Of a DNA stretch of 64,000 nt, positions 1 to 9,461 are shown in pieces. Below the pieces are notes generated by a model that was not told where the DNA came from, made no database searches, and saw only the letters and a program-made list of their open reading frames with translations. How positions within the stretch are numbered: position 1 is the first letter of the stretch; each line of letters starts with the position of its first letter. Source of the DNA: a bacterium (GTDB lineage: Bacteria > Patescibacteriota > Minisyncoccia > Phycocordibacterales > UBA918); the NCBI GenBank assembly GCA_043719295.1, contig JAYSUD010000008.1:8216-72215 (forward strand), in the 5' to 3' direction. Position numbers and translations under genes: made by a program.

Positions 1-98
1 GTGCTGGGTTAACACAAAGTGATTTAGCAAAAAAGATTAAAACAACTCAAAGCGCCATAGCACGCATTGAAAGTGGTAAACAAAACATAAGCACCGAT

Positions 99-1460
99 AT
101 GATTAAAAAAATTAGTAAAGCACTCAATAAAAACCTTCTTACTCCAACTCCTGGTTCAATGAATCTTGAAATTCACGGTGGTAAAAAACTCGGCGGGATC
201 ATAGAGACAAACACCTCTAAAAATGGCGCAGTAGGACTTCTGTGTGCATCACTCCTTAACAAAGGAAAGACAACACTCTTGCACATGCCGAGGATTGAAG
301 AAGTCTACCGACTCATTGAGGTACTTGAGAGTATTGGTGTCAAAATTGAATGGAATGAGAACAATATCACCATCACTCCTCCGAAAGTCTATAACCTTAA
401 GAATATTGACGTTGAAGCTGCTCGAAAAACACGAAGTATTGTGATGTTTATTGGTCCGCTTATGCACCAGCTAAAAAAGTTTTCACTTCCGCAGTCAGGT
501 GGATGCAAACTTGGAAGTCGAACAGTGCGTCCACATTTCTATGCATTGGAACATTTTGGAGTACACATAGAAACAACAAACGATGCCTTTAAAGTAACCT
601 CAGAACCTGTATGTCCATCTGAAATCATATTGTACGAGTCAGGTGACACGGTCACTGAAAATGCACTCCTTGCTGCTTCGTTAACTAACGCTACAACAAC
701 CATCAAATACGCTTCTGCAAACTATATGGTTCAAGAGATGTGTGCATTCTTAATAGCTTGCGGAGTACAAATAGAAGGAGTTGGGACAACCACCCTTACC
801 GTGATAGGAGTTTCAAGTATCAATACCGACATTACCTACACACTAGCTGAAGATCCTACCGACAGTATGTTCTTTATCGCAGCTGCCATTGTCACGCACA
901 GTCCAATTACTATTACTCGTTGCCCAATTGAGTTTCTTGAACTTGAACTTCTCGTACTTGAAAAAATGGGGCTCCAATACTCAAAATCAAAAGTATATTT
1001 GTCACACAATGGCGTTACAAAACTTGTAGATCTTAAACTAAAACCAAGTAAGCTCACTGCGTCAGCTGAAAAAATCCACTCACGGCCCTACCCTGGTTTA
1101 AATGCTGACAACCTCCCTTTCTTTGCAGTTATCGCAACGCAAGCCACAGGTCAAACACTCATTCACGACTGGATGTATGAAAAGCGAGCAATTTACTTTA
1201 CCGAGCTAGACAAACTAGGTGCAGACACCGTCCTTGCAGATCCCCATCGAATTTATATCAACGGCCCAAGCAAACTGCGAGCAAATGAACTTGTCTGCCC
1301 TCCTGCGTTGCGCCCTGCTACGATACTTCTTATTGCAATGCTCGGAGCGTCAGGTCGCTCTGTCTTACGCAACATTTACAGCATCAACCGAGGCTACGAA
1401 AACCTAGTTGAACGCCTGACTTCATTAGGTGCTGAGGTACGATACTTAGAGGAGTTTTGA
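99..1460 (+). CDS. murA: UDP-N-acetylglucosamine 1-carboxyvinyltransferase (MurA). The reading frame is open from window position 3 and encodes an XRE-type HTH segment in frame upstream of the MurA domain.
   Basis: Product LEIHGGKKLGGIIETNTSKNGAVGLLCASLL... aligns with the MurA N-terminus and runs full length to YLEEF. Translation of positions 3-158 gives LTQSDLAKKIKTTQSAIARIESGKQNIS, a classic HTH_XRE, with no stop before the MurA domain. Confidence 0.9.
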   Translation: MIKKISKALNKNLLTPTPGSMNLEIHGGKKLGGIIETNTSKNGAVGLLCASLLNKGKTTLLHMPRIEEVYRLIEVLESIGVKIEWNENNITITPPKVYNLKNIDVEAARKTRSIVMFIGPLMHQLKKFSLPQSGGCKLGSRTVRPHFYALEHFGVHIETTNDAFKVTSEPVCPSEIILYESGDTVTENALLAASLTNATTTIKYASANYMVQEMCAFLIACGVQIEGVGTTTLTVIGVSSINTDITYTLAEDPTDSMFFIAAAIVTHSPITITRCPIEFLELELLVLEKMGLQYSKSKVYLSHNGVTKLVDLKLKPSKLTASAEKIHSRPYPGLNADNLPFFAVIATQATGQTLIHDWMYEKRAIYFTELDKLGADTVLADPHRIYINGPSKLRANELVCPPALRPATILLIAMLGASGRSVLRNIYSINRGYENLVERLTSLGAEVRYLEEF

Positions 1461-1470
1461 AGTGAGTAAA

Positions 1471-1600
1471 CGAGCGTAGCGACTATTACGAACTTCCGTC
1501 CAAGTTTCTGCTGCTGACCTAGAACATAACTGTCTGCCTCAGCGTTAGCTGTGCAGACAGTTATGTTCAGCAGAAACTTCTGGACGTCTCCAACGCTTAA
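1471..1600 (+). repeat. Intergenic hairpin repeat element, copy A (family also at 53631-53765 and, inverted, at 54301-54592).
   Basis: gagcgtagcgac...tttctgctgctgacctagaacataactgtctgc[ctcagcgttagctgt]gcagacagttatgttcagcagaaa: long imperfect hairpin with a conserved loop. Confidence 0.7.
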
Positions 1601-1681
1601 TTAACTCTACACTCTCGAAGTATGAGTCAATAAGAAGCTATCTTTTCTCGTTACGTAGCTATTTTGCTATACTGAACATCC

Positions 1682-3568
1682 ATGTTTGTTATTGAGGTTA
1701 TTCCCCTAAAACGAGGTATCGGTATTGAATCACTTTCCTACTATTCTGCGTTGTCATACAACGCGGGTACTATCATCTCTATTCCACTTCGAAATCAAGA
1801 GACAATGGCTGTAGTAATTGGATTTAAGCCAGTATCTGCTGCGAAAACTGCCCTTAAAACAGCAACGTTTTCACTCCGTAAACTGCAAGCACAACCTGAT
1901 GCACGAACACTTCCCCTTTCAATTATCAAAACAGCACAAAAACTTTGTCTTCAAAATCCTGCAAGTTTAGGTGCAATTTTATTTTCATTACTCCCGCCAC
2001 AGATCCGCAATGGTGAACGAATGTATCCTAAGGCAGAATCGAAGATAAATTCAGAAGATACTATTCCTAAAATATTAACGGCAATTGCATCGCATCGTTA
2101 CACTGAATACAAAAGCTGTATCCGACAAACCTTTGCCCATCGGGGGTCAGTTGTTTTTATTGTCCCTACTTCAATTGATGTGGAACACGCAAAGAAAAAA
2201 TTAGAAAGTGGGATTGAGAGTCGTGTCGTTACGTTTTCAAGTACCCATACAAAAAAGCAACTTGATGCATCATATGAGGCGTTTGAAGATTATCGACAAG
2301 CGAAGCTTTTTATTGTCACTCCAGCGTATTCGTTTTTAGACAGACACGACATTACCTCAATAATTATAGAAGGCGCTGGAAGTCAAAACTACATTATGCG
2401 AAGTCGTCCGTACTTAGACACTAAAGATGCATTAAAAATATTTGCAAAAGAAACAGGGCGTTCAATCCTACTTGCTGATGCGGTTGTTAAAACAGAAGAC
2501 GAAATCAAGCGAAGAGACGACATCTATACCACCTATAATGAACACACAATCCGTCTTGAACTCGGAGGTTTAGTCACCTTAGCTCACCATAAGAAACTTG
2601 AAGAGGGTGAGACGTTTTCACTCTGTACAGCTGAACTTAAAGAGACAATATCCCGAGTACTCTCAAACCGTGGACATGCTTTTTTGTATGCAGCGCGCAG
2701 GGGCTTGGCACCTGCAATTACGTGTTATGACTGCGGTCACGTGTTTCGCTGTCCTGATTCTGGTGCACCATACTCACTTCTTCGAACGTTTAAAGAAGAC
2801 GTAGAAGAGCGATGGTTTGTATCACACACCTCAGGCAAACGAGTACGGGCCGCTGACGTGTGCCCTAACTGTGGTGGATGGCGATTGCGGGAGCAAGGAA
2901 TTGGAATCCAGCAGGTATACGATGAGATTCGAAAAATCTTCCCAAAAATACAAATCTTCCTATTTGATCACCAAACAGCAACTACTAGTACGAAAGCAAA
3001 AAAAATCATAGCTGATTTCTATGATTCAAAAAAAGGAATCCTTATCGGTACGAATATGGTACTTCCGTATCTTCAGAAACAAGTTGATATTTCTGCAGTG
3101 ATCTCATACGAAGCAACCCGCACAGTTCCAACCTGGCGCGCTGATGAGACAATTTTTTCACTCCTTATTACACTCCGCGAACTGACGCTCAAGGATCTTG
3201 TGGTACAACTTCGAACTGAGGAAGACGAGTTACTCCAATTTGCATCAAAAGGACTTATTGATCAATTTTATTCAAACGAAATTGACGTGCGTAAAGCACT
3301 TTTGTATCCCCCGTATTCAGCATTTATTTTACTTTCCTTCAAAGGAACAAAAGATCAAACTGAAGAAATGGAAGACATGCTTGCGCATGTGCTTCAAGGC
3401 TATGAGGTTCAATTTTACAGTGCTCCCCTTTCAAATAAAAATGAAACATTACGATATGGACTCCTTCGCATTGAAGCCTCAAAATGGCCAAAAGCAGATC
3501 TTGTTGAGCGACTTCGGTCGTTACCGCCCTACATCAAAATTGAAGTCAATCCCGATCGCATAGTTTAA
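1682..3568 (+). CDS. priA: Primosomal protein N' (PriA)-like replication restart helicase with a degenerate Walker A region.
   Basis: 628 aa. PriA-like N-terminal 3' DNA-binding region and the Cys4 zinc ribbon CYDCGHVFRCPD...CPNCGG. Reads HRGSVVFIVPT where GSGKT is expected. Confidence 0.7.
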   Translation: MFVIEVIPLKRGIGIESLSYYSALSYNAGTIISIPLRNQETMAVVIGFKPVSAAKTALKTATFSLRKLQAQPDARTLPLSIIKTAQKLCLQNPASLGAILFSLLPPQIRNGERMYPKAESKINSEDTIPKILTAIASHRYTEYKSCIRQTFAHRGSVVFIVPTSIDVEHAKKKLESGIESRVVTFSSTHTKKQLDASYEAFEDYRQAKLFIVTPAYSFLDRHDITSIIIEGAGSQNYIMRSRPYLDTKDALKIFAKETGRSILLADAVVKTEDEIKRRDDIYTTYNEHTIRLELGGLVTLAHHKKLEEGETFSLCTAELKETISRVLSNRGHAFLYAARRGLAPAITCYDCGHVFRCPDSGAPYSLLRTFKEDVEERWFVSHTSGKRVRAADVCPNCGGWRLREQGIGIQQVYDEIRKIFPKIQIFLFDHQTATTSTKAKKIIADFYDSKKGILIGTNMVLPYLQKQVDISAVISYEATRTVPTWRADETIFSLLITLRELTLKDLVVQLRTEEDELLQFASKGLIDQFYSNEIDVRKALLYPPYSAFILLSFKGTKDQTEEMEDMLAHVLQGYEVQFYSAPLSNKNETLRYGLLRIEASKWPKADLVERLRSLPPYIKIEVNPDRIV

Positions 3569-3600
3569 TGAGCAAACGAGTGAGAAAGTCTAGTAGACTT

Positions 3601-3655
3601 TTGCAAGAGGTTGACTACTATTTTGAAGTATGAAAAATACTGACAACCTGAACAG
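3601..3655 (+). repeat. ~50-nt nested-hairpin module (TTGCAAGAGGTTG-[inner hairpin]-CAACCTGAACAG). Related copies at 26608-26656 and, inverted, 28254-28302.
   Basis: The outer stem AGGTTG/CAACCT and the flanks GCAAG...GAACAG are conserved. The inner hairpin differs between copies. Confidence 0.6.
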
Positions 3656-4089
3656 CTTCTGTAAGAAGTAAGCGACTTTTGCATTTAGCAGAAGCAGGAC
3701 GCTAAGCGTATAAGCTTCCTTGGAGGTCGCTTATACGAAGCGTCTACATAAGATACATATAGTCTCACTGTCGTGATACTTATGTATCTAAACTGCTGGA
3801 CGTCTCTTATATTAGGAGATTATGACTCATACGCATAAATATAAAAAGTAGTTTTTCCATAAAATTAGGTTATAGTACAACTATATCTATAGGACAAAGC
3901 TTGCACGAAAAAATCATAATGTCCTCAGGCTATTGCAGAAGAAGTGAGCTAAAATTAAAAAAACACATAAAACTGCCTTAAGAGGCGGTTTTAGTGCGAC
4001 AGAGCATCATCTGACATATACACAAGCAAAACGTTTAAAGCTGTAGGGTTGAAAATCATATTCCAACTGAGGTAATACGCTACGTTTTC

Positions 4090-4215
4090 TGGTGCAGTTA
4101 CGCAGGCTTCTTGTCTGACATCTTCTTTTTTTCTTCTTCACTCATACTTTTATTCTTATCATCGTGAGAGGCATTTTTTTGATTTGAATCCTTGTTTGAG
4201 TTTGAGTTTTTATTT
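4090..4215 (-). CDS. Possible small hydrophilic protein (41 aa, MEQNKNSNSNKDSNQKNASHDDKNKSMSEEEKKKMSDKKPA).
   Basis: Short ORF below the ORF-track cutoff, inside a 760-nt non-coding gap. Low-complexity and very uncertain. Confidence 0.15.
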
Positions 4216-4328
4216 TGTTCCATAATTTTCATATATTAATGTATGTGGTTAATGAACTATCGACCGTCTTATAGTGTTGCCGAGGCAGTGAGATTATTAT
4301 TGCAATTATAGCTTTCTACTAGGTGTTT

Positions 4329-4841
4329 TTATTCTTTATTGAACAACAACTTTAATTTCTCCAGACCCCGATGCGTTTTAACGGTAACCATATTTTTACT
4401 CTGCCCAGTTAGCAGTGCAACTTCAGCTACCGAAAGTTCCTGTACATAGCGCATGTGGACGATTGATTTGTATGATGGGGGTAATAACTCAATCATTTTA
4501 ACTGCAGACGCTCCATCGAGTTGATTTATCATTTTTGTAGATGAATCGACTCCAAGTTCAAGTCCTTTTTCAATAAGCTCTTCAAGCGAAACAGTTTTGC
4601 GCTTTCTATATTCATCAATAATCAAGCAATTTAAAATATGATACAGGAATGGTTTCATCAGATGAATTTTGCCCGTGTTGATCATATACTTCCAAGTTTT
4701 CATATACGCCTCTTGTACCAAATCATCACACAAAATATTGTCACCCACTTTAAAAAGCGCATATTTTTTGAGTTCCATCTCAAACTCGTTGTGAGCACTG
4801 ATCATGGTTAATTGTAGATCAGCTTTTTTTTGCGTATCCAT
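4329..4841 (-). CDS. RNA polymerase sigma-70 factor, ECF subfamily.
   Basis: 170 aa. Region 2 (DDLVQEAYMKTWKY) and a region 4 HTH (LSVAEVALLTGQSKNMVTVKTHRGLEKL). Confidence 0.75.
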   Translation of the reverse strand: MDTQKKADLQLTMISAHNEFEMELKKYALFKVGDNILCDDLVQEAYMKTWKYMINTGKIHLMKPFLYHILNCLIIDEYRKRKTVSLEELIEKGLELGVDSSTKMINQLDGASAVKMIELLPPSYKSIVHMRYVQELSVAEVALLTGQSKNMVTVKTHRGLEKLKLLFNKE

Positions 4842-5119
4842 TTACAATAGCCGTTTTATATAAGTTGATATTACAAAATTTTTTATAAGAATATGGATTA
4901 AAAATGGTATATGAAATATTTTTAATTCTTGTTCGGCACCTATATTGAACCCTCTCATATACAAACAAACACATCAGAAAAGATGTTGGAATGTTTTAAC
5001 GAGGTAGCTATGTGGTGAACAAAAAATGTCCCAACTTTTTATTTTGACTATTGTTGTCTACACATAGGTGCCCAAGTGATAGGAGTTGTACTAGGCTTAT
5101 TAACATAAAAAAACAACAT

Positions 5120-6205
5120 ATGACGTCAAAAATTGTAACGAAATCAACAAGTGCTATCGCCATCTTGGGTATGTTGGCGCTTGCTACTCCAACTGCTTTT
5201 GCGGGCACTATAACTGTAGAGACTAATAACACTGCTGAGGTGACAAATGACATCACGGTGATGGCTCATAGTGGTGGAAATACTTCACGTGGAAGTCGTG
5301 CTGCGCGAGGAGGTGATGGAGGAACTGTATCTACTGGAGCTAACGGTAGTTCTAATACCGCAGGCATGGGGGGTATAGGAGGCAATGGTGGTAACGGTGG
5401 CTCTATAACAACAGGTGATGCAATTGCTACAGCTGATATCAGCAACGATATCAATACTACCGAAACCAATGTTACTGAAGCACACATGACTGATACATTT
5501 AATGAAACACATCGTGTTCGGTCTTCTATTGGTATGGAATACGACGAATCAGCTACTATGAATTCAGATTATGGAGATAATTCATCTCATGAGTCTTCAC
5601 AAAGTGCATCAGAGGCATCAAGTGATTCAATGAGCGAATCTGGAGACAAAGATTCAAGTGCGAGTCAATCAGATTCAAGCACTGATGCTGCAACATCAAG
5701 CAATGATTCATCTGAAGAAAGTGCTTCAGAGAACAGTGCAAGTGAAAGTTATGCACTTGAATCAGACAGTGCACAGTCAAGCAGTAGTGAATCAGCTGAA
5801 TCACACACTAACGATATTTCTGATGTTCGAAGCACTTCATACGACAACACTGGAAGTGAATATGAAAACTATGAAATGGATTACACACGTACCTATGTTA
5901 ATACACAAGGTGACATTATGGTGACAAACACTAATGATGGCGCTGTTGGAAACACCGGTGCAGTTGATGCGCGAACAGGTGAAAACACATCAACAGGTGA
6001 CGAAGGTGCAATGGGATCAGATGGTGGTGATGTTACCCAAAGTGGAGCAGGTAGTACTACAACTACAGGTAGTAACACTGCAGGTAATGGTGCCAACGGT
6101 GGTGCTGGAGGTATGGGAGGAACCATACTCACTGGTATTTCTGACTCACTCCTTAAATTAGTGACGACTTCAGGTCGAACTATGACACGTATCGTTCGTA
6201 ATTAA
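5120..6205 (+). CDS. Secreted Gly/Ser/Asp-rich low-complexity protein.
   Basis: Signal peptide MTSKIVTKSTSAIAILGMLALATPTAFA, GGNGGNGG-type glycine repeats and a long acidic Ser/Asp-rich middle. Start taken at Met24 of the 5051 ORF. Followed by a hairpin terminator. Confidence 0.6.
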   Translation: MTSKIVTKSTSAIAILGMLALATPTAFAGTITVETNNTAEVTNDITVMAHSGGNTSRGSRAARGGDGGTVSTGANGSSNTAGMGGIGGNGGNGGSITTGDAIATADISNDINTTETNVTEAHMTDTFNETHRVRSSIGMEYDESATMNSDYGDNSSHESSQSASEASSDSMSESGDKDSSASQSDSSTDAATSSNDSSEESASENSASESYALESDSAQSSSSESAESHTNDISDVRSTSYDNTGSEYENYEMDYTRTYVNTQGDIMVTNTNDGAVGNTGAVDARTGENTSTGDEGAMGSDGGDVTQSGAGSTTTTGSNTAGNGANGGAGGMGGTILTGISDSLLKLVTTSGRTMTRIVRN

Positions 6206-6215
6206 ACAATACTCT

Positions 6216-6238
6216 AAAAACAGGCATCTCCTGTTTTT
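6216..6238 (+). terminator. Rho-independent terminator.
   Basis: aaaaacaggcatctcctgttttt: hairpin plus T-run after the Gly-rich gene. Confidence 0.6.
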
Positions 6239-6261
6239 AGATATCACTTTATACAGTTGAA

Positions 6262-8700
6262 GTGATGTCTAAAAACAGGAGCCCACACATCAATATGAAT
6301 TACAAAAATATAAAAAAGAGAGCATCACGCACAGCAAGTTTTATGCTTCTAGTAGTATCACTCATTGCACCACTAACTTCAATGAACGTAGTAATAGTAT
6401 CCGCAGAGGAGATAGAAGTGAGTGAAAATACTGCCATAGACGAATCTGCATCTGAAACGAATTTAAATACAGTGAATGTTGAGAGTTCTGAAATAGGAAG
6501 TGAGAAAACTACTACTACAACAACGGACGAAATCACTCCACACATACCAAATGCCACAAGTACAGAAATCGAGAGTTCTGAAACTACATTACAAAATGAT
6601 ACTGTAACTGCAAGTTCAACAGTTGCGATAACAACTGGAGACACCATTGCGTTAGCAAATATTCTCACAATTGCAAATACTAACTTAGTTAATTCAACCG
6701 GTACTATTATTTTTTCAAATCTAATTGAAGATCAAGTATCTCCAATTGATTTTCGAACAAACAATACAGCATCGACTTCTTGTGCGCTCGTGTACTGTGA
6801 AAAAAATTCAGGAGTTGAAGTTGCTGTTGTTAATGATGCCTACATACATAATATATTGATGATTGAAGCACAAAGTGGCGACAATAGTGTAGAGGGCACT
6901 CTGACAGAAACCTCAGGAGCAATTGTAACGGGCAATGCGTACGCAGGTCTAAACTTGGTTAATGTAGCTAATTCAAATTTTATCGATTCTCATTACCTAC
7001 TCATTACACTAAACGCGTTTGAAGATGTACATGGTGACATTATATTTCCAAGCTTAAGCAATCTTTTAAGCAATCAAGCGATGGCACTATCTCAAACAAC
7101 AGTGCAGACTAATGTAGCAACTGTTGAGAATTCAACAAACGTTACTGCAGAAACTGGTGCCAATACCTCAAACAGTTTGGTGACGGAGATTATTACAGGA
7201 CAAAGTATTGCAACAACCAATGTACTTAATTTGATTAACAGCACACTCTCAGGTGGCGAGAGTATCTCTATTTTGTTACGGGTTCATGGTACGTGGCTTG
7301 GAACAATTTTTGGAGGTGATCCGCGTCTAAACATAACCGACGCGGGTGATGGGTACTACTATATAACTTCAAATAACGTTGACACCTCAGGTCAAAATAA
7401 TTCGCTTGTAACCGGCACTAGTACTGCCTTAATACACAACGATATCAAAGTACTTGCGGGCACTGGAAATAACACACTATCCGACGTTGAGTCAGGGTTA
7501 ATTGAGACAGGAAATGCATTTTCTGGGGCAAATATTGTCAATATTGCTAACACCAATATCATCGGTAGAAATTGGACCTTAGCAATTATTAACATCTTTG
7601 GAGATTTTATTGGGAACCTTTCTTTTGGACAGCCTGATGTATGGATTGGAGAAAAAATTGCAGTACCAAAGGTTGTTCAAAAAGGTAGTGAAATCACCTA
7701 CACGTTCACGGTAACAAACAATGGTGACGCACCATCAACGCGTACACGAGTTAGTGACGCCTATGCAGCTTCAAATTTAAGCATACTTGAAAGTTCAAAT
7801 CCGTACTTACTCGACGCTGATAACAAATTGGTTTGGGAAATAGGAACTCTGCCTGCGGGAGCAACATCTTTAATTACGTACAAAGCCGTTGTAACTTCAG
7901 ATATTCCCGCAACTAACATCACAAATGTCGTTACCGTTACTTCATACGAAACGGACTTCAATGATAGCAATAACACAGATACAGGCACAGTTAAAACATC
8001 AGTGGTAGGAAATACAACTCAAGGGAGTACTGCAAAACGTGCACAGGTATCTTCTCTAACCGCGCCAGATGTTTTAGAGACAAGGGATTTCGTTCCTCCG
8101 ATGGTCACTCGACTAAACGCTATTTCACGTGTAGCCGAAAGTACTAGTGTCTCTACGCAGACACTTGTTATCAAAAATCAAAGTGAAAAAAGTATTCCAA
8201 ATATTGTCCTTCATGATTATGTAATAAGTCAAAGCGGTGCACAGATAGCAGACGAAGTCTGGTCTATTGGCACACTCCTTCCTTATGAGGAAATTACACT
8301 TAGTTATGATATTTCATTTACACCAGATGCACCCAATGGTCACTATACGCTTTCTACGGCACTTATTATGGAGGATGCCGATATATCGTTTTATGGTAAT
8401 GGTTCTATAGATGTACTCCGCAATTCCCTACCGCTTGCGGATGAAGATTCAGTTGTTTTCTTATCAACTGCAATGATAGAGAGTGTGACACCAAATGAGG
8501 ACACTATCACAGACGATGTTTTCGAGCCAACCTTTGCTTCAGCAATTGGACTTACACCAAATATTGCAGAAGCTGCAGATACAACACAATTGGCATCAGT
8601 TGCTGCATCAAAAACGAATATCCCTTTATCACTTATAATAATCTTTGGAGTAATTGGGTTTCTCGTTCTTATAAGTGCCTACCGTGAGCTTCGTGACTAA
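6262..8700 (+). CDS. Large surface protein with a DUF11-like repeat region and a C-terminal membrane anchor.
   Basis: 812 aa. N-terminal signal/TM, Thr/Ser/Asn-rich beta-type repeats, the segment ITYTFTVTNNGDAPSTRTRVSD typical of DUF11/'conserved repeat domain', and a C-terminal hydrophobic anchor IIIFGVIGFLVLISAY. Start may be Met12 at 6295. Confidence 0.6.
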   Translation: MMSKNRSPHINMNYKNIKKRASRTASFMLLVVSLIAPLTSMNVVIVSAEEIEVSENTAIDESASETNLNTVNVESSEIGSEKTTTTTTDEITPHIPNATSTEIESSETTLQNDTVTASSTVAITTGDTIALANILTIANTNLVNSTGTIIFSNLIEDQVSPIDFRTNNTASTSCALVYCEKNSGVEVAVVNDAYIHNILMIEAQSGDNSVEGTLTETSGAIVTGNAYAGLNLVNVANSNFIDSHYLLITLNAFEDVHGDIIFPSLSNLLSNQAMALSQTTVQTNVATVENSTNVTAETGANTSNSLVTEIITGQSIATTNVLNLINSTLSGGESISILLRVHGTWLGTIFGGDPRLNITDAGDGYYYITSNNVDTSGQNNSLVTGTSTALIHNDIKVLAGTGNNTLSDVESGLIETGNAFSGANIVNIANTNIIGRNWTLAIINIFGDFIGNLSFGQPDVWIGEKIAVPKVVQKGSEITYTFTVTNNGDAPSTRTRVSDAYAASNLSILESSNPYLLDADNKLVWEIGTLPAGATSLITYKAVVTSDIPATNITNVVTVTSYETDFNDSNNTDTGTVKTSVVGNTTQGSTAKRAQVSSLTAPDVLETRDFVPPMVTRLNAISRVAESTSVSTQTLVIKNQSEKSIPNIVLHDYVISQSGAQIADEVWSIGTLLPYEEITLSYDISFTPDAPNGHYTLSTALIMEDADISFYGNGSIDVLRNSLPLADEDSVVFLSTAMIESVTPNEDTITDDVFEPTFASAIGLTPNIAEAADTTQLASVAASKTNIPLSLIIIFGVIGFLVLISAYRELRD

Positions 8701-8764
8701 TCAAACAACTGTTTGTAATCTGTATATGTATGTAATACAAAACAACCTATTACGGCATACAGTC

Positions 8765-9334
8765 ATGATTAAATCAAAAGTGAAAGTCCAAAAACATGGT
8801 GCAGATTATTTTGAACAATTATGGGAAGAAAGTTGGACCTACATCAAAACCGTAGTTGATGTTGTGCGAGAGCCTGTAGTTATCTTAGATAAAAATCTCT
8901 GTGTTTTGGCAGCAAATGATCCGTTCTATAGCACTTTCCAAGTAGACCAAAAAGAAACAGAAAACACGCTTGTGTACAAACTAGGTAATGGACAGTGGGA
9001 CATTCCCGATTTGCGTCGACTCCTTGAAGATATCCTCCCAAAAAATACTTTTTTCAAAGGTTTTAAAGTGATGCACGAGTTTCCAGCTATCGGACGAAAA
9101 ATCATGATTCTTAATGCACGGCAAATTCATTATCGAGGTGATAGTAGCTCTGAAAAAGTCCCCCCAATTATCCTCCTTGCCATGGAAGACGTAACCGAGA
9201 TGATGGATGTAGCAGAATCGTTTGCAGGACACATAGAACAAGTAGAGAAAAAATTCTTTGAACGAGTTGATGGTTTTGAAACACAGTTGAAAACGCTTCA
9301 AGCTGAACTTGCACAGCTTAAGAGGAAGTCATAA
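8765..9334 (+). CDS. PAS-fold domain protein with a C-terminal coiled coil.
   Basis: PAS-like core VVREPVVILDKNLCVLAANDPFYSTFQV...GNGQWDIPDLRRLLEDIL. The start is uncertain because the ORF overlaps the previous gene; Met31 was chosen. Confidence 0.45.
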   Translation: MIKSKVKVQKHGADYFEQLWEESWTYIKTVVDVVREPVVILDKNLCVLAANDPFYSTFQVDQKETENTLVYKLGNGQWDIPDLRRLLEDILPKNTFFKGFKVMHEFPAIGRKIMILNARQIHYRGDSSSEKVPPIILLAMEDVTEMMDVAESFAGHIEQVEKKFFERVDGFETQLKTLQAELAQLKRKS

Positions 9335-9461
9335 TAAATACTAGTACTACTGTATATTGGCAAAATTAAATTGAAAAAGTTATTGCTGTAACTAAAAAAC
9401 AGAGTTCCGTATGGTTCATTTTTGGGCAGTTTTGTTGTATAGTTATTCTTAACTAGAGATT

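Noticed and set aside
5266-6161. Overlapping 73-88-aa ORFs on both strands within the Gly/Ser-rich gene.
   Set aside because: Artefacts of low-complexity repetitive sequence (Pro- or His-rich alternative frames). The secreted Gly/Ser protein frame has the signal peptide and terminator.
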